From IMG/VR virus record IMGVR_UViG_3300029925_000049, positions 1 to 45,313 of that record: DNA of 45,313 nt, one strand, 5' to 3'. Position numbers and translations under genes: made by a program. Shown here one piece after another: positions 1 to 7,430 of the stretch (positions are counted from its first letter, which is position 1; each line of letters opens with the position of its first letter). This stretch comes from a virus. Its lineage: Duplodnaviria > Caudoviricetes. The notes under the pieces were generated by a model, which saw nothing but the letters and a program-made list of their open reading frames with translations, was not told the origin of the DNA and searched no databases.

Positions 1-803
1 TGGCGGGTGTCCATACCGGTAAATCACTTGTCATGTGCTCGATGGCTGCAGACAATTTATCGTCTGGTCGTAACGTACTTTATATAACACTGGAAATGTC
101 TGAGGAAGAAACCACCAAACGAATTGATGCCAATCTACTCGACATCGATATCAACAGGCTGAAGAATACAACAAAAGAAAAATTTCTTACAAAGGTTCAT
201 AACATCCAAACGAAGAATAATGGACGTTTGGTCACTAAACAATTTCCTACAGGCGCGGCACACGTTGGTCACTTTAGGGCATTGCTTAATGAGCTGGCCT
301 TAAAAAAGAATTTTGTGCCTGACATCATTTACGTTGACTACATAAATATTTGTGCGTCATCTAGATTGAATGCGTCAAATTCATCTGACTCGTATAATTA
401 CGTCAAATCGATTGCCCAAGAAATGCGTGGATTTGCGATTGAAAATAACGTACCTGTCGTGACAGCCACGCAGGTTAACCGATCTGGTTATGGTGCATCT
501 GATGTAGACATGACAAACGTGTCAGAATCCTTCGGACTTCCTGCGATTGCAGACTTCATGATTGCACTTTTAACGAGTGAACAACTCAAAGCATTGAACC
601 AAATACAGGTCAAGCAACTTAAAAATCGATTTGGGAGCATGGACCATTTTAACCGGTTCGTTATGGGGGTTGACGTAATGAAGATGCGCTTCTATGATTT
701 AGAAGAAGACGCTCAAGACTTAGCAGATGCAGGTGACACAACTCTCAATACTGAAAAAGTAGGTATTGAGGAACCCATACGCAAGGAACTGAACTTTGAC
801 TAG
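1..803 (+). CDS. gp41: T4 gp41-like replicative DnaB-family helicase, C-terminal part (5' end outside window)
   Basis: Frame is open from the window start with Walker A AGVHTGKS; motifs LYITLEMSEE, KQFPTG, VDYINI, TATQVNRSG, SESFGLPAIAD, KQLKNR. Confidence 0.95.
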   Translation, partial: AGVHTGKSLVMCSMAADNLSSGRNVLYITLEMSEEETTKRIDANLLDIDINRLKNTTKEKFLTKVHNIQTKNNGRLVTKQFPTGAAHVGHFRALLNELALKKNFVPDIIYVDYINICASSRLNASNSSDSYNYVKSIAQEMRGFAIENNVPVVTATQVNRSGYGASDVDMTNVSESFGLPAIADFMIALLTSEQLKALNQIQVKQLKNRFGSMDHFNRFVMGVDVMKMRFYDLEEDAQDLADAGDTTLNTEKVGIEEPIRKELNFD

Positions 804-815
804 AGGAAGAGAATA

Positions 816-1256
816 GTGAAAACACTTGACGAATTAAAAGCATGGCTCGAAACAGCCGAACATATAAAAAGATTCCCACCTAGTAACGAAGGTAACAAAT
901 TGTTCGCAACATGGGGCGGCATACAATCTCAGCTATATAAAATCAGTGGTGAGTTTGGAATGATTATTTTTCTGAAAAGTAGAAAAAATTCCGAAACTGA
1001 TTGTTCGATCCAAATGGAATCAATATACGTTAATCCAAATGGTGAGGTCATTCCAAAAAATCAGTGTCAGGTGGGAATGATTGCCCAGCAGTTATTGACC
1101 ATGACTGGACTCGTCGAAGGTGGTGAACTTAAACCACACACAGCTGGTCGCGCGTTCCAAGAATATTATATAACTACCCCCGATGGTACTGAGTATGTCG
1201 TCCGAAAAATTCATTCGCGTGACGTGTGCCCAAAGGAGGATACAGATGCGACATAA
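816..1256 (+). CDS. hypothetical protein
   Basis: 146-aa ORF, GTG start after GAGG/GAGA, directly behind gp41. Confidence 0.7.
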   Translation: MKTLDELKAWLETAEHIKRFPPSNEGNKLFATWGGIQSQLYKISGEFGMIIFLKSRKNSETDCSIQMESIYVNPNGEVIPKNQCQVGMIAQQLLTMTGLVEGGELKPHTAGRAFQEYYITTPDGTEYVVRKIHSRDVCPKEDTDAT

Positions 1257-1401
1257 AATCATTGATAAACATCCCCGGATCGACCTAAGCGACGAAACGA
1301 AATATGATCCGGTGCTGGTGGGTATATTGGCCCGGCAAGTAATTGACTTGTTCATGAAAGAAATTGTGACCACAGATAAAGAGGATACAGATGACGATTA
1401 G
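1246..1401 (+). CDS. small hypothetical protein (51 aa)
   Basis: AGGAGG SD then ATG 1246; overlaps both neighbours. Confidence 0.65.
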   Translation: MRHKIIDKHPRIDLSDETKYDPVLVGILARQVIDLFMKEIVTTDKEDTDDD

Positions 1402-2311
1402 CGCAAAAATTATTGCGGATTCTGTCTCACCAGATGGGGTTCGTATAACCACATATGAACTTGAGTATCCCCGATTTATTCATTCCGAACTGATGACTCA
1501 TCGTGCATTCTCTCGCAATGCTGCCAGCTCTAGGGCTATCCCGATCAAGCGAATGATTGAACTCATCAAGGAAGATACGGCCATGCCTATCCATTGGGGT
1601 AAGCACCAGTCGGGCATGCAGGCCGATGAAGAGTGTAATGCTTACATGAATATCGGAACCCCCCAACACGCTAGTCGTGAAGAGGCGTGGTTGTCCGCCC
1701 GTGATAAAGCTATCGAGATCGCGGAAGCCTTCGCTGAAGCTGGATATCACAAGCAAATTGTCAATCGAATCCTTGAACCGTTTTCGCATATCAAAGTGGT
1801 AATCACTGCCACAGAATTTGAAAATTGGTTTTACCTTCGGAATCATACCGACGCTCAACCAGAAATCAAGGACTTAGCAGGCAAAATGTTGGTTGCAAAA
1901 GAGGCAAGTACTCCAAAAGAGCTAGAATTGGGTGAATGGCACGTCCCGTACTATAAGGACGGATATTGGATCGAGTGTCAAAGTGACGAGACATTGTACG
2001 AGGCTCAAATGATTTCGGTGTCGTGTTGTGCACAAGTTTCTTATCGTCGTAATGATGATTCATTGGAGAAAGCTGAAAAGATTTATGATCGATTGGTGAC
2101 TTCACAGCCTCCACATTTGTCACCTACGGAACATCAGGGCACCCCTATTGATATCGATTGGGTGGATAACCCCCCCGAAGGTGTCACACACCTTGCGCAC
2201 GACAAAAACGAGCTTTTACATTCATGGTCCGGGAACCTTAGGGGCTGGATACAATATCGCCAGACCATAGACGTTATTGTCTGTGGTGAGCAATTGGAGT
2301 TAGACCTTTGA
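1391..2311 (+). CDS. thyX: flavin-dependent thymidylate synthase ThyX
   Basis: PRFIHSELMTHRAFSRNAASSRAIP (phage-type ThyX motif), HKQIVNRILEPF, LRNHxxAQPEI, HLSPTEH. Confidence 0.93.
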   Translation: MTISAKIIADSVSPDGVRITTYELEYPRFIHSELMTHRAFSRNAASSRAIPIKRMIELIKEDTAMPIHWGKHQSGMQADEECNAYMNIGTPQHASREEAWLSARDKAIEIAEAFAEAGYHKQIVNRILEPFSHIKVVITATEFENWFYLRNHTDAQPEIKDLAGKMLVAKEASTPKELELGEWHVPYYKDGYWIECQSDETLYEAQMISVSCCAQVSYRRNDDSLEKAEKIYDRLVTSQPPHLSPTEHQGTPIDIDWVDNPPEGVTHLAHDKNELLHSWSGNLRGWIQYRQTIDVIVCGEQLELDL

Positions 2312-2682
2312 GAATAGTTAATGACATGCTGCCAGTAGAAATTTGGACTTGCCCACACATGGCGGCCCGATGGGTTGTGATGTTGGCACACCTTTATTAT
2401 GTCAGAAACGAATCGATAGTGTATGATCACGAATTCGACAAGCTTTCGAATTACGTTGCTGACCATTGGGAAGAACTTGAGCCTATTATGCAGCACCAGC
2501 TTGGTTCTGCCGATGATATCAGGTCTGGGGGTAGTCATGTTCTGATTACCCAGATGGGTGTGGGTGGTGCGTGCCATCTTAGTGTTGATAACCACCCAAG
2601 AGGACACCAGATGACCCCATGGAAATTTCCAGACGTGAAGCGACATGAAAAATTTAATGTGCTCTTCGCCCCGATGATTTAG
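2308..2682 (+). CDS. small protein resembling the N-terminal (Ia) domain of NAD-dependent DNA ligase
   Basis: HLYYVRNESIVYDHEFDKL resembles LigA Ia YYxxxxPxxSDxEYDxL; no adenylation domain follows. Confidence 0.55.
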   Translation: MRIVNDMLPVEIWTCPHMAARWVVMLAHLYYVRNESIVYDHEFDKLSNYVADHWEELEPIMQHQLGSADDIRSGGSHVLITQMGVGGACHLSVDNHPRGHQMTPWKFPDVKRHEKFNVLFAPMI

Positions 2683-2705
2683 TTGTGGAGGCTGAAATTC
2701 AGCCC

Positions 2706-2786
2706 TTGACTCTCCGTTGTGGTGTGCTATTGTTCATCATCAAAGAACCAACGAGGGCTTAACATTAAGCCCATGGAGAGAACATC
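2706..2786 (+). promoter_or_regulatory. early promoter / stem-loop / RBS cassette copy 1
   Basis: TTGACT-16-TATTGT, ATCATCAA, hairpin GGGCTTAA-CA-TTAAGCCC, GGAGAGAACATC-ATG. Confidence 0.85.
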
Positions 2787-3584
2787 ATGACCAACCGCAA
2801 ACTGGAATACATCAAAATCATCCAAGACCAAGTCAATCGTTTTGATGCGATTGAATGTATGGTCCGTATGGTGGTCCGGGGCGACTCCCGCGCTGTCATC
2901 GTTTCGGGTGGTGCCGGTACTGGCAAATCTTACTCTGTCGAGAAGGTTGCTCAGGAAGAAACAATCAGCAGCCAAATCGAATTCAAGATTGTTAAGGGTT
3001 ATATGCGCCCCACAGCACTTTATGCGTTGCTGTATGAGATGCGCAATTCTAACCAAGTCCTTATCCTTGACGATTGTGACCAAGTCATTCGTGATGAGGT
3101 CGGTCTGAACATCCTTAAGGCTGCTCTGGATACCACTGCCAGTCGTGTTATTGACTGGCGCACTAAAGCACCAATGAAATATGAAGACGCTGAGGGCGTA
3201 GAGATGGAAATCCCGAACTCGTTTGAGTATAAGGGTTCCATCGTTTTTGTGACCAATATCGATTTCGACAAAGAGATCGCCAAGGGTCACAAACTGACTC
3301 CTCATCTGGAGGCATTGATCAGTCGCGCATCCTATATCCGTCTGAACATCGACACCCCATTGCATAAAATTCTTCGGTGCGGGTGGATTGCTTATCGGGG
3401 TGTTGCCAAGACCCAAGGCCTGACCAATACCCAATTTGATGAAATCAACAAGTTCATGTTTAGCCATGCAGACCGGCTCCGTGAAATTAGCATTCGGGCT
3501 GTAATCAAAATGTGCCAACTCTTCAAGGCTGACGAAGCTACTTGGGAAGATATGGCCCGCATTACCTGCCTTAAGGAGGCGTAA
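2787..3584 (+). CDS. P-loop AAA-type ATPase
   Basis: Walker A GGAGTGKS, Walker B VLILDDCD, NILKAALD, IVFVTN, ALISR. Confidence 0.85.
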   Translation: MTNRKLEYIKIIQDQVNRFDAIECMVRMVVRGDSRAVIVSGGAGTGKSYSVEKVAQEETISSQIEFKIVKGYMRPTALYALLYEMRNSNQVLILDDCDQVIRDEVGLNILKAALDTTASRVIDWRTKAPMKYEDAEGVEMEIPNSFEYKGSIVFVTNIDFDKEIAKGHKLTPHLEALISRASYIRLNIDTPLHKILRCGWIAYRGVAKTQGLTNTQFDEINKFMFSHADRLREISIRAVIKMCQLFKADEATWEDMARITCLKEA

Positions 3585-3588
3585 CAAT

Positions 3589-3813
3589 ATGAGTAGATAT
3601 CGCGACAACGATGATGGTCCCGGCGACGGCGGATGTTTTTGGGTTATAGTGATCCTGTTCCTTATCTTTGGCCCAGACCTTTGTTCTGATGATTCAGGGA
3701 GTCCAAATCCTGATGAAGGTTACACCATTATCGGAAATCAGTCCCGTGATATCTACGCCCCTCCTGTTGATTGCTCATTGAACGATTGCGGCCCGCCCCG
3801 AAAGGATAATTAA
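3589..3813 (+). CDS. small membrane protein
   Basis: AGGAGG SD; hydrophobic segment FWVIVILFLIF. Confidence 0.7.
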   Translation: MSRYRDNDDGPGDGGCFWVIVILFLIFGPDLCSDDSGSPNPDEGYTIIGNQSRDIYAPPVDCSLNDCGPPRKDN

Positions 3814-3814
3814 T

Positions 3815-4165
3815 ATGCCTTCTTACGTGAAAATGTGCCGCATCAAAGTGGCAGCCTTGGCAGACAAAGCTATTCCAAATGTTCAGGCCGTCAGGGACAA
3901 GGAGATGCAAGAAGCCTTCGATAAGACGGTTGAGGATCAACTCAAGACCCGCAAATATTTTTTCTTTGGCCCAAAGACCACCACGGAAGAAGCCCGCGAA
4001 ATTGCACATTTCAATCGGAACAAGTTCTCGGAATACCGTTACAACCAGAAAATTCACAAATTCCAATGGTTGCTCGACGCATCGCGAACAACGCACTGTG
4101 AGATGATTCTTTCCATTGAAGATCACCACGACCTTTCGTATTGGGCTGAAAGAGATACGTCATGA
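3815..4165 (+). CDS. hypothetical protein
   Basis: 116-aa ORF, AAGGA SD, tightly packed with neighbours. Confidence 0.7.
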   Translation: MPSYVKMCRIKVAALADKAIPNVQAVRDKEMQEAFDKTVEDQLKTRKYFFFGPKTTTEEAREIAHFNRNKFSEYRYNQKIHKFQWLLDASRTTHCEMILSIEDHHDLSYWAERDTS

Positions 4166-4251
4166 AGAGACTATTTAACATCATCACGCCGATCATCGCT
4201 TATCGTCATAACGAACTTTTGGCTATTTGGAGTATTTGTGCATTTTAGGTG

Positions 4252-4330
4252 TTGACTCTCTATTGGGATGTGCTATTCTCTAATCATCAAAGAGAGCTTG
4301 AACCTCAAGCCTAACAACGGAGAGAACATC
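4252..4330 (+). promoter_or_regulatory. early promoter / stem-loop / RBS cassette copy 2
   Basis: TTGACT-16-TATTCT, CTAATCATCAA, hairpin GCTTGA-ACC-TCAAGC, CAACGGAGAGAACATC-ATG. Confidence 0.88.
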
Positions 4331-4597
4331 ATGGCCAACATGAAACACGTAATCATCATGAGCATGAGCATGGACGGACTGGCCCGCACCGCCGCGGAAC
4401 GTGTAGAGGAACTCACACACAAAGCCAAAGCTTCCCTGACGTTTAGTGACTTCGGTGATTTTGTTGATTGCGTCAGAGTCTTCGCCATGCAAGACGATGC
4501 TGAGGTTATTTCATCCCGTCCGGCCACACTCAGCAACAAGCAGGCCTACTCAATTATTTTTGACGACAAATCCCGCATCACTGTAGTTCATGGATAA
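4331..4597 (+). CDS. early hypothetical protein
   Basis: ATG directly after the cassette RBS; start revised from the ORF track. Confidence 0.75.
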   Translation: MANMKHVIIMSMSMDGLARTAAERVEELTHKAKASLTFSDFGDFVDCVRVFAMQDDAEVISSRPATLSNKQAYSIIFDDKSRITVVHG

Positions 4598-4613
4598 AAA
4601 TGCATTTTAGGTG

Positions 4614-4669
4614 TTGACTCTCCGTTGGGATGGTGTATTCTCTAATCATCAACCAACGGAGAGAACATC
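4614..4669 (+). promoter_or_regulatory. early promoter / RBS cassette copy 3 (no internal hairpin)
   Basis: TTGACT-16-TATTCT; CTCTCCGTTGG (4618-4628) is the exact reverse complement of CCAACGGAGAG (4653-4663). Confidence 0.88.
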
Positions 4670-4957
4670 ATGGCTAAGCAATCCCTCACAATCTATCCAA
4701 ATGACACATTCCTTATCGGCGGTGACTTGTTCTATGGCGTCGTCATTGAAAAAGTGAATAACCGTTGGGTGTTCTTTTGTAACACATTCAACCCTCAAGG
4801 TGTTCAAACCCAAGCACACATTTATACAAGCCAGTTGACCCGTGGCATGAAAGCCGGAACAGTCGTCAAGACAAATTGCCCCGAACTTAATTGGGACATG
4901 CCGATGAATGAGCAGCGCGCTCACCTCGCCAAACAAACTGCATTCACTGCAAAATAG
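4670..4957 (+). CDS. early hypothetical protein
   Basis: ATG after the cassette RBS, 95 aa. Confidence 0.75.
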   Translation: MAKQSLTIYPNDTFLIGGDLFYGVVIEKVNNRWVFFCNTFNPQGVQTQAHIYTSQLTRGMKAGTVVKTNCPELNWDMPMNEQRAHLAKQTAFTAK

Positions 4958-4960
4958 GTG

Positions 4961-5022
4961 TTGACTCTCATATCAGGCTAGCCTATAGTCAAATCATCAA
5001 GCCTAACAACGGAGAGAACATC
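4961..5022 (+). promoter_or_regulatory. early promoter / RBS cassette copy 4
   Basis: TTGACT-17-TATAGT, ATCATCAAGCCTAACAACGGAGAGAACATC-ATG (only the 3' arm of the hairpin is retained). Confidence 0.85.
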
Positions 5023-5289
5023 ATGGGAACCATCAATAGGGCAACAGGCCAGCGCATAAATCACTTCGACAAGATGACAAAAAGCGATGTGGTTTTCTTC
5101 ATGAAGGAGCAAGGCTTTGAATTGGAATTTGAGGTCTTGAACAAAGGTGCTTGGAACCAGTCCCGATTCTTCTTCGTTATGATCGATGGCGAACGGCACA
5201 ATTTATACAAGATCATGAGGGGCGAAAAAGCTAACTGGGATGATATGTGGTCTGCTTTTAAAGCCGCGTCTGGTGTACGAGACCGCTAA
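5023..5289 (+). CDS. early hypothetical protein
   Basis: ATG after the cassette RBS, 88 aa. Confidence 0.75.
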   Translation: MGTINRATGQRINHFDKMTKSDVVFFMKEQGFELEFEVLNKGAWNQSRFFFVMIDGERHNLYKIMRGEKANWDDMWSAFKAASGVRDR

Positions 5290-5309
5290 TCCTGAACCAT
5301 TCACCGAAG

Positions 5310-5555
5310 ATGACGCAAACGAATATTGAAACGGAGACCCCGACCATGCAAACGAAGTTTACGGACGAAGAGATGAGTGACGTACTGAGTGAAGTGTCAC
5401 GTTGTATGCACATGCACAATCTTCACGGGGATAAAAACAAGGTTGGGTACCTTGAAGAAATCCAGGATATGATCGAAGGGCTCAAGGAAGGCCGCAAGGC
5501 AACTCGACAGCCCTTATCTTCCGACAGAATGTCCCGGTGGGGATCGAACAAGTAA
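5310..5555 (+). CDS. hypothetical protein (start may be ATG 5346 after GGAG)
   Basis: 81-aa ORF. Confidence 0.6.
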   Translation: MTQTNIETETPTMQTKFTDEEMSDVLSEVSRCMHMHNLHGDKNKVGYLEEIQDMIEGLKEGRKATRQPLSSDRMSRWGSNK

Positions 5556-5584
5556 ATAAAAGTAAAATGGGGTTACCCTAGTCC

Positions 5585-5830
5585 CGATAAAAATAAATAA
5601 ACTTTTTTAAAGTTTGTAAGAAACTTTTAAATAAAAATAAATAAAGTTTGAACAAAATAAAAATAAATAAAGTTCGAAAAAATAAAATAAAAATTTTTAA
5701 AAGTGGATAAAAATAAATAAACTTTTTTAAAAGTGGATAAAAATAAATAAAAAATTTTGAAAGTTGGGAAAACACTGGGAAAAATAAGTAAAAGTGGAAA
5801 AAAACTTTTAAAAATAAGTAAAAAAAGTTC
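5585..5830. repeat. A-tract-rich degenerate tandem repeat block; candidate replication origin
   Basis: Core ATAAAAATAAATAAA at 5587, 5631, 5657, 5707 and 5737; ~30-nt unit GATAAAAATAAATAAACTTTTTTAAAAGTG; non-coding and extremely AT-rich. Confidence 0.8.
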
Positions 5831-5881
5831 AGACGCTCTTTGACATTGTTGGAATGCTTCGGTGGGATCGTAACCCAGCCT

Positions 5882-5889
5882 TATAAATA
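5882..5889 (+). promoter_or_regulatory. T4-type late promoter
   Basis: TATAAATA 5 nt before the ATG of the GIY-YIG gene. Confidence 0.65.
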
Positions 5890-5894
5890 CCTGC

Positions 5895-6383
5895 ATGGTA
5901 TACTATACGGTCTATGAGATTACGAACCTGCGGAATGGTAAAGTCTATGTGGGAAAACACAAGACAAAAAAGTTAGACGATGACTATTTTGGCTCGGGTA
6001 CGATTATCCGGCTTGCGATCAAAAAACACGGGATCAAAAATTTCTCGAAAAAAATCCTCTACTGCTATAAGACTTCGGACGAAATGGATGCGAAAGAAAA
6101 ATCCATCGTCAATGAAGAATTTTGCGCACGACGCGACACCTACAATATCAACGTGGGAGGCGCCGGAGGTTTTCACCATATAAACACGTCGCGCCTGAAT
6201 AATTCTGGCCACACAAAAAACTCCTATCGGCGGCAGCAAGTTTCTGATGAAGAGCTTGAGCGAAGATTGAAAATCATGCGCCAAGTCGATTCAAACACGT
6301 ATGCTGGCCAGCTCATAGGGGTCAATAGATCGGTTGTGTACCGTATGCGAAAAAGGTATGCAGACCGCTTGACAAGCAAATAG
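5895..6383 (+). mobile_element. Seg-like GIY-YIG homing endonuclease
   Basis: YTVYEITNLRNGKVYVGKH, YFGSG, KKHGIKNFSKKIL, YNINVGGAGGF; C-terminal HTH-like segment; free-standing beside the tRNA cluster. Confidence 0.88.
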
Positions 6384-6412
6384 CGATGTGATAGAGTTCT
6401 AGTAACTAAATA
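6369..6412 (+). promoter_or_regulatory. sigma70 promoter plus late-like box upstream of the tRNA cluster
   Basis: TTGACA(6369)-17-TAGAGT with TG extension, then ACTAAATA. Confidence 0.7.
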
Positions 6413-6418
6413 GCTTAA

Positions 6419-6495
6419 TGCGGAATGGAGGAGTTTGGTTTCCTTGTCTGGCTCATACCCAGAAGACGCAGGTTCAAATCCTGCTTCCGCACCCA
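6419..6495 (+). tRNA. tRNA-Met(CAT), initiator-like but atypical
   Basis: Acceptor TGCGGAA/TTCCGCA, D stem GAGG/CCTT (A11-U24), anticodon arm TCTGG-CTCATAC-CCAGA, T arm GCAGG-TTCAAAT-CCTGC, encoded CCA. Confidence 0.9.
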
Positions 6496-6592
6496 AAATT
6501 CTAACAAGGCTGTGGGTGATGCTACAGTGCCTCTGGCGAGTTGTGATACTCCCGTTGTTCCTTCGCAACCCGCGCGAGAGGCCAAAGTTTAT

Positions 6593-6681
6593 GGGGGCGT
6601 CCGGTAATTACCCTGTCGTAAGGTCATAGCAATGACAATCGGAATTCTGGTCGAGGGAGGATATCCCTTGCGCCCCTGCCA
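6593..6681 (+). ncRNA. tRNA-like RNA with encoded GCCA end and non-canonical arms
   Basis: GGGGGCGT/GCGCCCCT acceptor-like stem + G-CCA; T-like arm GAGGG-AGGATAT-CCCTT; hairpins GTCAT-AGCA-ATGAC and ATCGG-AATT-CTGGT. Confidence 0.6.
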
Positions 6682-6702
6682 AATAAAAATGCATTTTAGG
6701 TG

Positions 6703-6765
6703 TTGACTCTCTATTGGGATGATGTATTCTCTAATCATCGAAACAACGGAACAGGGAATTACATC
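6703..6765 (+). promoter_or_regulatory. early promoter cassette copy 5
   Basis: AAAATGCATTTTAGGTG upstream, TTGACT-16-TATTCT, CTAATCATCGAAACAACGG. Confidence 0.85.
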
Positions 6766-7125
6766 ATGGCTTACATCACCAGAGAAGAAGTTCAGGTCAT
6801 TCGCAAAGAGCTGAAGGCAGCATTCCCAAAAGTGAAATTTTCAATCACTTTGCGCCACAGCTCCAGCCTCCATATCGTAATTTTGAAGGCATCATATGAC
6901 GTTAACTTTCCTGCCGGGCAGGATTACACAGGCATGAACATTTCGCGGTTGGACGAATGTAGGGATCATCCCAAAGCTACATTGGACGCCGCCCGCAAAA
7001 TGAAGGCCATCGCCAACAAAACGAATTTCGACGAATCGAACATCCAAGAAGATTATTTTCACGTTGGTTTTTACCTCCACATTTCTTTTGGTGACTGGGA
7101 ACGTCCTTATCAGAAAATTGCATAA
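6766..7125 (+). CDS. LPD29-like (large polyvalent protein-associated domain) early protein
   Basis: MAYITREEVQVIRKELKAAFPKVKFSITLRHSSS...FDESNIQEDYFHVGFY; start revised to ATG 6766. Confidence 0.7.
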   Translation: MAYITREEVQVIRKELKAAFPKVKFSITLRHSSSLHIVILKASYDVNFPAGQDYTGMNISRLDECRDHPKATLDAARKMKAIANKTNFDESNIQEDYFHVGFYLHISFGDWERPYQKIA

Positions 7126-7141
7126 AACTGCAAAATAGTTG

Positions 7142-7220
7142 TTGACTCTCTGTTGTAAGGTGGTATTCTCTAATCATCGAAGAGGGCTTGAGCTTCAAGC
7201 CTAACAACGGAGAGAACATT
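7142..7220 (+). promoter_or_regulatory. early promoter / stem-loop / RBS cassette copy 6
   Basis: TTGACT-16-TATTCT; hairpin GGGCTTGA-GCT-TCAAGCCT; spacer CTCTCTGTTGTAAGG is complementary to CCTAACAACGGAGAG. Confidence 0.88.
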
Positions 7221-7424
7221 ATGACAAACGCACAAATCGAAACCGCAATCCTGAATTCCCTGAATACCAACTTCCGCAAATTCGTTCCATGGGATACATT
7301 CGATTGTACACACGGTCAGTACGACATGGTTCTTGATAGCATGATTGATCGCGGCATTGTTGCATGGGTCAAAGCACCGTCAAAATCCGGCAAAACTATG
7401 CAACGTATGCTCGAAGTCATTTAA
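7221..7424 (+). CDS. early hypothetical protein
   Basis: ATG after the cassette RBS. Confidence 0.72.
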   Translation: MTNAQIETAILNSLNTNFRKFVPWDTFDCTHGQYDMVLDSMIDRGIVAWVKAPSKSGKTMQRMLEVI

Positions 7425-7430
7425 ATGTAT

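Noticed and set aside
2727-3608. Long minus-strand ORFs (also 20966-21709, 37512-37997)
   Set aside because: Antisense shadows of well-supported + strand genes, with no recognisable motifs.
5585-5830. CRISPR array or minus-strand Phe-rich ORFs in the AT-rich block
   Set aside because: Repeats are degenerate and low-complexity with no unique spacers; the ORFs are compositional artefacts.
6496-6592. tRNA-associated HDV-like (theta) ribozyme
   Set aside because: I could not build P1/P1.1/P3 and J4/2 from the sequence by hand; not formally excluded.
6593-6681. tmRNA (one- or two-piece) or true tRNA-Sec
   Set aside because: No G3-U70, discriminator is G rather than A, no tag ORF, no TCA anticodon.
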